The notes under the pieces were generated by a model that was given only the letters and a program-made list of their open reading frames with translations, searched no databases and was not told the origin of the DNA. Made by a program: the position numbers and the translations under genes. A stretch of DNA of 64,000 nucleotides. Origin: Dehalococcoidia bacterium (GTDB taxonomy: Bacteria; Chloroflexota; Dehalococcoidia; Lucifugimonadales; UBA3495). The stretch covers positions 529,970 to 593,969 of the forward strand of contig OZ247427.1 in the NCBI GenBank assembly GCA_965232815.1, in the 5' to 3' direction. Below, one piece after another: positions 38,380 through 46,456 of this stretch (within the stretch, counting starts at the first letter, position 1; the number at the start of each line of letters is the position of its first letter).

Positions 38380-39147
38380 ATGGAACGAACCTACATCGCG
38401 TTGGTTGAAAAGGATACAACCAGCGATTTTGGCGTATTCTTTCCGGATCTGCCGGGCTGCATAACTGCCGGTTCGACCTTTGAAGAAGCCCGCGAAATGG
38501 CGCGGGAAGTGTTAGCTCTCCATCTGGAAGGATTGTCTGCCGATGGGGAATCCATCCCGCCGCCCTGCTCCGCCGATGTGGCATTGGCCTACGAAGACGC
38601 GCACTATGCCATCGCCCTGATCGTTGTAGAGGCGTTGCCCGAGCGTACCGAAGAAGAGGCACAGGCGGAGTTTGAGGCATTTCTGGCTTCCGACGAGTAC
38701 CGTGAAATTTTCGGGACGCCGATTGCCGAAAGCGAGCTTGACGACCTCCCATACTGTGATGAGGAGCCGATATCAGAAGCAGTCGCAGCCGGAATTGGGC
38801 TGCGGCCGGTGAAGGCTGACGCATCGGAGAGAACCTATGCCGCCCTGGTCAGGCAGAGCAACGACGGCGGCATATGCATCAGTTTTCCCGACCTGCCGGG
38901 ATGCGCGGCGTCCGGCGAAACACTCGAGGCGACGTGCAAAACAGCGCGCAGAGTATTGGCTTCCCATTTGGACCAATTGCCCGCCAAAGGGGCATCCATC
39001 CCTGAGCCCAGTTCAGCCTCGAAGGTGCATTCGCTGATGGACGCTACGGATGCAGTCGCGTTGACCGTGGTTACGGCGCTGTCCGAGCGGGATTCGGATA
39101 CAGAAGCATATCGGGAGATTTACAGGGATCCGGTGTCCGCGTCCTAG
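38380..39147 (+). CDS. hicB: HicB family antitoxin with two tandem HicB domains
   Basis: ERTY.ALV...FPDLPGC...G.T.E....AR.VLA.HL occurs twice; AAGGAG RBS. Confidence 0.88.
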   Translation: MERTYIALVEKDTTSDFGVFFPDLPGCITAGSTFEEAREMAREVLALHLEGLSADGESIPPPCSADVALAYEDAHYAIALIVVEALPERTEEEAQAEFEAFLASDEYREIFGTPIAESELDDLPYCDEEPISEAVAAGIGLRPVKADASERTYAALVRQSNDGGICISFPDLPGCAASGETLEATCKTARRVLASHLDQLPAKGASIPEPSSASKVHSLMDATDAVALTVVTALSERDSDTEAYREIYRDPVSAS

Positions 39148-39198
39148 GACAGAACACGCCAGTGGAAATCCGCAAGGAATATTTTCGGAGGTAAGGCA

Positions 39199-40443
39199 AT
39201 GACTGCAAACGGTTCCGGTTCCGTGGAAACGCGCGTCTACGACGTGGCGATCGTGGGCGGCGGCATCATCGGGCTGTCCACCGCGATGCAGTTGCTGGAG
39301 CAGTCACCCAACCTCAACGTGGCGGTCATAGAAAAAGAGGACCAACTGGCCCAGCACCAGACCGGCCACAACAGCGGCGTGATCCACTCCGGCATCTACT
39401 ACCGCCCCGGATCGTGGAAAGCGCGTTTCTGCGTGGGCGGCAAAGACCGCCTGATCGCGTTCTGCGACGAGAACGAAATCGATTACGACCCTTGCGGCAA
39501 GGTGATCGTCGCGACCCACGAGAGCGAATTGGGTCGCCTGCAGGACCTGTACGAACGCGGCGTGGCCAACGGCGTGCCTGATCTCGAGATCGTAGAACCG
39601 GATCGTCTCGCCGAAATCGAGCCTCACACCAGGGGTGTGCGCGCCCTATGGGCTCCCCACACCGGCATAGTCGACTACGTCAGGGTTGCCAACGCCTACG
39701 CCGGCAAATTCCAGTCCGCAGGTGGCGACATATTCACCGGCGCGGCGGTCAAACAGGCGCGGCAGACCGCGGGCGGGACGACCCTCGAAACCGAACGCGG
39801 CGCCCTCCAATCGAAGCACGTGATCAACTGCGGTGGCCTCTACGCCGATAAACTGGCGCGCATGATGGGCGAGGAGACCGACGTACGAATCATCCCGTTC
39901 CGCGGCGAGTATTACAAGCTTGCGGAATCCAGCCACGATCTGGTCAAGGGGTTGATCTATCCGGTTCCGGACCCGCGGTTCCCGTTCCTGGGAGTGCACT
40001 ACACGCGCAACATCCACGGGTACGTCGAGGCAGGGCCCAACGCGGTCCTGGCGTGGGCGCGTGAAGGCTACAGCAAAGGCAACATCAGCGTGGGCGAGAC
40101 GGCCGGCTCCCTCACGTTCCCCGGATTCTGGAAGATGACCGCCAAGCACTGGCGCACCGGTATGAAAGAGATGCACCGCTCATACAGCAAGTCGGTGTTC
40201 GTGGGCGATCTGAAGAAACTGATACCCGAGATAAGCGCCGGCGACCTCGAACCCGGCGGCAGCGGAGTGCGCGCTCAGGCCGTGTCATCGTCGGGCGCCA
40301 TCCTGGACGATTTTCACATCCTGCGGGGACAGAAAGCCCTCCATGTCCTCAACGCCCCATCCCCCGGCGCCACGTCGTCCCTGGCAATCGGCGAGTACCT
40401 TTCGGATATGGCGATGGAGGATTTCGGACTGCCGAAAGCATAA
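39199..40443 (+). CDS. lhgO: L-2-hydroxyglutarate oxidase
   Basis: GGGIIG, HQTGHNSGVIHSGIYY.PGS.KA, PFRGEYY, IYPVPDPRFPFLGVH, NAPSPGATSS. Confidence 0.92.
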   Translation: MTANGSGSVETRVYDVAIVGGGIIGLSTAMQLLEQSPNLNVAVIEKEDQLAQHQTGHNSGVIHSGIYYRPGSWKARFCVGGKDRLIAFCDENEIDYDPCGKVIVATHESELGRLQDLYERGVANGVPDLEIVEPDRLAEIEPHTRGVRALWAPHTGIVDYVRVANAYAGKFQSAGGDIFTGAAVKQARQTAGGTTLETERGALQSKHVINCGGLYADKLARMMGEETDVRIIPFRGEYYKLAESSHDLVKGLIYPVPDPRFPFLGVHYTRNIHGYVEAGPNAVLAWAREGYSKGNISVGETAGSLTFPGFWKMTAKHWRTGMKEMHRSYSKSVFVGDLKKLIPEISAGDLEPGGSGVRAQAVSSSGAILDDFHILRGQKALHVLNAPSPGATSSLAIGEYLSDMAMEDFGLPKA

Positions 40444-40514
40444 TCCGAAAAGGCTTGGTGTATAGTGTATCCGGGCGCGCTATGACTGCAAAATGAGCGC
40501 ACCACCGGATAATA

Positions 40515-40910
40515 GTGCAAGAAACCTTCATAGACTTGGGAAGCTGGCAAGTCACGGATGACGAGGTGCTGGAATACCTGCACGCCGTTGGCGATGAATT
40601 GCCGATTTACGGAGAGTCCGGCATCGCGCCGCCGTTGATGCTGACCGCCAAGGTAGTCGGGTTGTTGCTGGACCGTCTGTCCTTGCCCGATGGCGCGATA
40701 CACAGCCTGCAGGACGTGGAGACGATCAGCCCGCCGCGATTGGGAACGGTCGTGGCAACCACCGCGCAGGTTGAACCGGCGCGGGAGAGGGGCGGGTTGA
40801 CGTTCCTGACGGTGAATTACAGCGCTACCGACGCCGGCGACGGCGCCCTGCTGCAGCGGGGACGCACTACGGTATTGCTGCCCGCCGCAACCGACGGTCA
40901 AACCGGCTGA
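40515..40910 (+). CDS. Hotdog-fold protein (MaoC N-terminal / HadA-like)
   Basis: Y..AVGD..P.Y....APP, IH..QD pattern; precedes a MaoC dehydratase. Confidence 0.7.
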   Translation: MQETFIDLGSWQVTDDEVLEYLHAVGDELPIYGESGIAPPLMLTAKVVGLLLDRLSLPDGAIHSLQDVETISPPRLGTVVATTAQVEPARERGGLTFLTVNYSATDAGDGALLQRGRTTVLLPAATDGQTG

Positions 40911-40917
40911 AGCAATA

Positions 40918-41376
40918 ATGAGCAACACCACGACGACCATGGCCAGGCACACGACGGTGGGCGATACGCTTCCGCCGGTTCGTCGGACCATCACGCGCGA
41001 AAGCATTAACGCGTATCGCCATGCTTCGGGCGACAACAATCCCATCCATTACGACGACGAATTCGCGGCGTCAACCCGGTTCGAAGGAGTCATCGCCCAC
41101 GGAATGCTGACTCTGGCGTTGATCTCGGAGATGATGGCGCAGGCCTACGGCGCAGACTGGTTGACCTCGGGGAACCTCCGCGTGCGGTTCCGTGGGGCGG
41201 CATATCCCGGCGACACTCTTGAGGCAACCGGGGCAGTGAGCAAATGCGAACCCGAAGCCAATGGCGTAAAAATAACCTGCGCCGTGGAAATCAATAACGC
41301 AGCGAATGGGGTGAGGATCATCACCGGCACAGCCACCGTATTGGCGGAAACCAAGGAGCGAGGGGTTACTCAATAA
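40918..41376 (+). CDS. MaoC-like (R)-hydratase/dehydratase (HadB-like)
   Basis: Hydratase-2 motif Y..ASGDNNPIH.D..FA...IAHGML; RF...YPGD. Confidence 0.88.
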   Translation: MSNTTTTMARHTTVGDTLPPVRRTITRESINAYRHASGDNNPIHYDDEFAASTRFEGVIAHGMLTLALISEMMAQAYGADWLTSGNLRVRFRGAAYPGDTLEATGAVSKCEPEANGVKITCAVEINNAANGVRIITGTATVLAETKERGVTQ

Positions 41377-42413
41377 TGAGCAGCAATGGGAATACTGCGA
41401 GGGTACGCGTCGCATTGGACGCGATGGGTGGAGACTACGGACCCAGCGTAACCATCCCAGGGGCCCTGTCCGCGGTAGCGGCGCACCCCCATCTGAATAT
41501 CGCCCTCGTGGGGGATCCGGAGGAAGTGCACGCAGCCCTGTCTCAGGAAAACGCCGACCTCGCAGCGTTGCCCATCAAAGTCGTGCCGTCCGAAGGCAAA
41601 ATCGAGGACGACGAGCACCCCATATCAGCCCTGCGTAGAAAGCCCCGTTCCTCCATAGTCACGGCCATGTCCCTCCTGCGGGCCGGCGAAGCGGACATGG
41701 TGGTCTCGGTCGGTTCAACCGGCGCCTCCATGGCTACGGCCACGATAACCCTGGGATTGCTCGAGGGGCTGGAACGACCGTGCATCGGCGGAAACTTCCT
41801 GGGATTGGCGCCCAAAACCACGGTGGTAGATCTGGGCAGCAATGTGGATGCCCGGCCTTCGCTGCTCCTGAGTTTTGCCGCCTTGGGCGTTGTGTTCGCC
41901 CGACGCCGCCTGGAAATCGAAAACCCCCGGGTGGCGTTGCTCAGCGTGGGCGAGGAAGAGGCCAAGGGCAACCGCCAGGTCCAGGAGAGCCATTCGCTGT
42001 TCCGGGATAGTCACCTGAACTTCGTCGGCAACGTGGAGGGCATGGACTTTTTCACCAACAAAGCGGATGTAATAGTCTGCGACGGCTTCATCGGGAACAT
42101 CCTGATCAAGTTCGCCGAGGGGCTTGGTTCCGCCCTCGCCCCGTATTTGCAGCGCCAGTTGGCCGAGTTTTTGCCCGAAAACCAGTTGCGGGAGATTGCC
42201 AGGGCCCTGTGGACCAATATGAACCTGCCGAGGACCATGGGTGGGCCGCTGTTCGGCGTCGATGGCCTGGTGATGGTTGGACACGGATCATCCACCGCTG
42301 AAGGCATCGCTGGAGCGATCAACACCGGCCTGCTATGCCATAGCATCGACCTGGTGGAAGGATTCAGGGAAGAGCTATCTGAGTTGCGTCATACGGGCGT
42401 GCTGGAAGCGTGA
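41376..42413 (+). CDS. plsX: Phosphate acyltransferase
   Basis: ALDAMGGDYGP, SVGSTGA, DLGSN, GEEEAKGN, FVGNVEG, VCDGFIGN, GHGSS. Confidence 0.93.
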   Translation: MSSNGNTARVRVALDAMGGDYGPSVTIPGALSAVAAHPHLNIALVGDPEEVHAALSQENADLAALPIKVVPSEGKIEDDEHPISALRRKPRSSIVTAMSLLRAGEADMVVSVGSTGASMATATITLGLLEGLERPCIGGNFLGLAPKTTVVDLGSNVDARPSLLLSFAALGVVFARRRLEIENPRVALLSVGEEEAKGNRQVQESHSLFRDSHLNFVGNVEGMDFFTNKADVIVCDGFIGNILIKFAEGLGSALAPYLQRQLAEFLPENQLREIARALWTNMNLPRTMGGPLFGVDGLVMVGHGSSTAEGIAGAINTGLLCHSIDLVEGFREELSELRHTGVLEA

Positions 42414-42428
42414 AGGAATAGGTGCGCC

Positions 42429-43193
42429 ATGTATAACATCGACCTGAGTGGACAGGTTGCGCTGATAACGGGATCGTCCCGTGGCATCGGCGCGGCGATT
42501 GCGAAACAACTGGCCGCAGCGGGAGCATCGGTGGGCATCAACTACCGGAGCAACGCGGACGCAGCCGATAGAGTCATAGATCAAATCAGGGCAGCCGGCG
42601 GGGAGGCCCTGCGCGTCCCGGGCGACGTGTCCGACGAGAACGCCGCCGAAGCGGTGGTCAAGACGACCGCGGACCGGTTGGGCCGGCTGGACATCCTGGT
42701 GAACAACGCGGGGATCACCCGCGACCGCCTGGTAATGCGCATGAACGCCGCCGATTGGGACGAAGTGCTGACAGTCAACCTACGCGGCACGTTCCTCCCG
42801 ACGCGATTCGCGATTCCTCTGATGGTCCGTCAGCGCTATGGCCGGGTCGTCAACGTTTCATCCGTCGTGGGGCTGTCCGGCAACCCGGGCCAGGCCAACT
42901 ACGCGGCATCCAAGGCCGGCCAGATCGGGCTCGCCAAAGCCATCGCCCGCGAAGTCGCCAGCCGGAATGTTACCGTCAACGCGGTCGCGCCCGGTTTCAT
43001 CGACGTCGATGATGGCGGCGGAATGACCGGCGAACTGAATGAGGAACAGAGGAGCCAGGTGCTGTCCCGCGTGCCGGCCGGCAGGTTCGGGTCCGCCGAA
43101 GACGTGGCGTCCGCCGTCCTGTACCTCGTCAGCCCCGCCGCAAGCTACATCACCGGACAGACCATCACCATCGACGGCGGCATGACCGCGTAA
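42429..43193 (+). CDS. fabG: 3-oxoacyl-ACP reductase
   Basis: TGSSRGIG, NNAGITRD, GNPGQANYAASKAG; adjacent to plsX. Confidence 0.92.
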   Translation: MYNIDLSGQVALITGSSRGIGAAIAKQLAAAGASVGINYRSNADAADRVIDQIRAAGGEALRVPGDVSDENAAEAVVKTTADRLGRLDILVNNAGITRDRLVMRMNAADWDEVLTVNLRGTFLPTRFAIPLMVRQRYGRVVNVSSVVGLSGNPGQANYAASKAGQIGLAKAIAREVASRNVTVNAVAPGFIDVDDGGGMTGELNEEQRSQVLSRVPAGRFGSAEDVASAVLYLVSPAASYITGQTITIDGGMTA

Positions 43194-43208
43194 CCGGGGG
43201 ACCTGACC

Positions 43209-44090
43209 ATGCGAGCGACCGAACGATTCCGCCAACTGCTGAGCGAACCGGGCATCATCACCGCTCCGGGAGCGTACGACTGCCTTACCGCGGCCATCAT
43301 CCAGAGCACCGGTTTCCCCGCCGTGTACATGACCGGGGCTGGCACCTCGGTGGCCCGCATCGGCTACCCGGACCTTGCCCTTGCCACCGCGACCGAGATG
43401 CTGACCAACGCCGCCTCCATCGCCGGCACGGTTGAGATCCCCGTCATCGCGGACGCCGATACGGGCTACGGCGGCACCATGAACGTCCGCCGGACCATAC
43501 GGGAATACGAGCGCACCGGCGTCGCCGCCGTCCACATCGAGGACCAGCAGTTCCCCAAGCGCTGCGGCCACCTAGAGGACAAGCGCGTGGTCCCCATCGA
43601 CGAGATGACTCAAAAAATCCGGGCCGCCGTCGACGCCCGCACCGATGACGATTTCACCATCATCGTGCGCACCGACGCCCTAGCCGTAACCGGTTGGGAC
43701 GACACCATGCGTCGCTGCGACGCATTCACCGAGGCCGGCGCCGATGCGCTGTTCGTGGAGGCTATCCGCTCGGCAGAGGAAGCGGCCGAGGTGGTGGCGC
43801 GCACCAGCGTTCCGCTGCTCTACAACTTTGTCGAGACCGGCAAGTCTCCACTGCTCAATGTTTCGGAACTGGAGCAACTGGGATTCAAGATGGTCATTTT
43901 CCCGGGTAGCGCCTTTATGTCGGTGGCCTACACGGTGGGCCGTCTCATGGAGGAACTGAAATCCAAGGGCACCACCGAGCACCTGGTCGGCCAGATGACC
44001 CCCTTGACCGACGCCTTCGAACTCATGGGCCTGACCGAAATGCTCGACCGGGATGCTGGCTACGCGGAGACCGCTAACGCTGCCGACTGA
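43209..44090 (+). CDS. Isocitrate lyase/PEP mutase family (PrpB / 2,3-dimethylmalate lyase-like)
   Basis: DADTGYG, HIEDQ.FPKRCGH, IVRTDA. Confidence 0.9.
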   Translation: MRATERFRQLLSEPGIITAPGAYDCLTAAIIQSTGFPAVYMTGAGTSVARIGYPDLALATATEMLTNAASIAGTVEIPVIADADTGYGGTMNVRRTIREYERTGVAAVHIEDQQFPKRCGHLEDKRVVPIDEMTQKIRAAVDARTDDDFTIIVRTDALAVTGWDDTMRRCDAFTEAGADALFVEAIRSAEEAAEVVARTSVPLLYNFVETGKSPLLNVSELEQLGFKMVIFPGSAFMSVAYTVGRLMEELKSKGTTEHLVGQMTPLTDAFELMGLTEMLDRDAGYAETANAAD

Positions 44091-45319
44091 TGGCCCAGGA
44101 TGATTTCGCCCGCCGGCTTCACGATGAAGTTCGGCAGTGGGAGGCCGACGGCTTAGTCTCCGCCGATCAGGCGGAGGCGATTAGAGGCCGTTACGCATCA
44201 GACGACGCGCCGGCAAGCGGGAGCGCGATCGGCAATCGCGTGGTCAGCATCATCGCTGTGATGGGCGCGGTCCTGATCGGCCTGGGCATTATCGCGTTCT
44301 TCGCGGCCAACTGGTCGGAAATTCCCAAGCTGGTCAAGCTCGCCATGATGGTGGTTGGGACGCCGGCCGTCTACGCCATCGGATGGTTCGTCGGATACCG
44401 GTTCGACTACCCGCGCATCGGGATCGCGATCATCCTGCTCGGGGCCATCGCGTTCGGCGCGTCCATCCACCTGATTGCACAGACCTATCACGTGCCCGTG
44501 AATCACCCTGCCCTGGTGCCGCTGTGGTTCCTGGGCGTAATCCCCCTGGCGTACATCACCCGTTCGCGGCCGATGCTGGGGTTGTCGATCATCCTGTTCC
44601 TGGCGGCCGCCGGATTCCGGGTGCAGGTTTGGGTGCCTGACATTGGGGCAGAAGAAATGTTCTTCACGATACCTGGGCTGCTCGTCCTGGGTGCCTTCCT
44701 GTTCGCGGCCGGGCGCTCGCACGCGCGTTTTTCCGATACTCGAATGTTCGCGCGCCTGTACGACCTGGCTGGATTGATCGTGGCAAGCGCGGCAATGTAC
44801 TTTTTCAGTTTCAGTGAGCTGTGGGTGCAAATTGACCGACACGCGCCAAACTTCTCGTCGCTGGGTGTAGAGTTCTGGTTGGTTGTGGGCTTCGCCGGGG
44901 CCGCCGCGGTTGGTGCGATCTTGGTCGCCGGTTGGCGGGACCGTCGGTCCGGTTCTCGTCAAATCTGGTGGGAAGCCGGAGCGGTTGGCGCCATGGGCGT
45001 CGTCGCCGTTTTAATGTGGCTCGGCCTGGCCTTCGGCGGCGAATGGCTCTGGTGGGTGTTCAACCTGGTGATGCTGGCCGGCATCCTCGGAATGATAGCC
45101 GCCGGCTACCGTTGGAACCGCGCTTATCTCATCAATCTCGCGGTGCCCATCTTTGCGATCACGCTGTTTACTCGCTACTTCGAATTTGGCTTCGGGCTGC
45201 TGGGCCAGTCCGTAGCGTTCATCGTGGCCGGTGTCATTCTGCTGGCCGGCGGGTTTGGCATGGAATATCTGCGCCGGCGCTTGGTGCGCCGCATGCGTGA
45301 TTCAGAGGCCGCAACATGA
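44090..45319 (+). CDS. DUF2157 membrane protein
   Basis: W...GLVS.DQAEAI..RY, GLGIIAFFAANW, LIAQTYH. Confidence 0.87.
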   Translation: MAQDDFARRLHDEVRQWEADGLVSADQAEAIRGRYASDDAPASGSAIGNRVVSIIAVMGAVLIGLGIIAFFAANWSEIPKLVKLAMMVVGTPAVYAIGWFVGYRFDYPRIGIAIILLGAIAFGASIHLIAQTYHVPVNHPALVPLWFLGVIPLAYITRSRPMLGLSIILFLAAAGFRVQVWVPDIGAEEMFFTIPGLLVLGAFLFAAGRSHARFSDTRMFARLYDLAGLIVASAAMYFFSFSELWVQIDRHAPNFSSLGVEFWLVVGFAGAAAVGAILVAGWRDRRSGSRQIWWEAGAVGAMGVVAVLMWLGLAFGGEWLWWVFNLVMLAGILGMIAAGYRWNRAYLINLAVPIFAITLFTRYFEFGFGLLGQSVAFIVAGVILLAGGFGMEYLRRRLVRRMRDSEAAT

Positions 45320-45819
45320 GCCGCCGCATGACCATCCTGTTGTTCGCGGTGGTGGCAGCCCAGGTGATTGGCCTGGTGGTTTTCGCCAGCGTGCGACAGG
45401 TTGCCTTGACCCAGGGCCGCGAGGTAACGCTGCAAACCGTACCCGTTGACCCGCGTTCGCTGCTGCAGGGAGACTACGACATCCTGGACTACGAGGTTGC
45501 TGAATTACCGGAATGGTTGAGGGAACAACCCGTTGGCAACACCATCTACGTGACGCTGCGCGAGTGTGGCGACGTTTGGTGCGCCGACCGGCATGACACT
45601 CGGCCACCGGATTCCGGCGAAGTCTTCATCCGGGGCCACGTCGACGACCGGCGCCGGCTGGATTTCGGCATCGGCACGTTCTTTGTACCGGAGGGCACGG
45701 GGCGCATTGTCGAGAACGCGCGGGACGTGAAGGTGATCGTGTCTCTAAGCGCATCCGGCAACGCGGTCATCAAGCAGGTTCTGGTAGACGGCGCGCCTTT
45801 TGATCCGGACGACCGTTGA
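45316..45819 (+). CDS. GDYXXLXY domain protein
   Basis: PVDPRSLLQGDYDILDY, FFVPEG.G; usual partner of DUF2157. Confidence 0.88.
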   Translation: MSRRMTILLFAVVAAQVIGLVVFASVRQVALTQGREVTLQTVPVDPRSLLQGDYDILDYEVAELPEWLREQPVGNTIYVTLRECGDVWCADRHDTRPPDSGEVFIRGHVDDRRRLDFGIGTFFVPEGTGRIVENARDVKVIVSLSASGNAVIKQVLVDGAPFDPDDR

Positions 45820-45854
45820 TCTGCGGTTAAAATAATCCCAGGAGGTGGCGTGAT

Positions 45855-46376
45855 ATGGCAAACGTGGTTTTGGTGGTTGACATGGTGCGCGGATTCCTGG
45901 AACCCGGGCACAACCTGTACTGCGGCGATGATTCCCGCAGCATAATCGAGCCAGTCGAGGACTTGCTGCGGCGCGAGTCGGCATCCGGTTCGGAGATCCT
46001 GTTCATCTCGGACCACCACCTGCCGGACGATCTGGAATTCCAGATGTTCCCGGTGCATTGCGTCATCGGCACCGAGGAGCCCGAGGTGATACCCGAACTA
46101 TCCGAGTGGGTCTCCGACTCCAACGTGGTGCCCAAGAACCGCTACAGCGGCTTTTTCAACACCGACCTCGAGGAACGACTGGCCGCGTTGAATCCCGACA
46201 AGGTGATCATCTGCGGTGTGTGCACCGACATCTGCGTCATGCACACCACGTCCGACGCCCGCAACCGCGACTACGCCGTCGAGATCCCGGCGGACTGCGT
46301 GGCATCCTTTGACGGCGACGCTCACCGCTGGGCCCTCGGCCACATCACCCGCATCCTGGGCGCCCAGGTGGTATAG
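45855..46376 (+). CDS. Isochorismatase-family cysteine hydrolase (nicotinamidase-like)
   Basis: VVDM..GF, DHH, PVHC..GT, K.RYSGF, GVCTDICV. Confidence 0.88.
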   Translation: MANVVLVVDMVRGFLEPGHNLYCGDDSRSIIEPVEDLLRRESASGSEILFISDHHLPDDLEFQMFPVHCVIGTEEPEVIPELSEWVSDSNVVPKNRYSGFFNTDLEERLAALNPDKVIICGVCTDICVMHTTSDARNRDYAVEIPADCVASFDGDAHRWALGHITRILGAQVV

Positions 46377-46456
46377 CCCGCGGGCCGCTCCGGCGGCCTG
46401 TGTTATCATCCGCCCATTGTCGCCGCCACGCACGCCGGCCCGGCCGGAGGTCGCCC

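Noticed and set aside
35012-39147. Two TA loci flanking qor and a prpD paralogue as a possible genomic island
   Set aside because: No integrase, transposase, tRNA or direct repeats seen; the enclosed genes have host-like codon usage.
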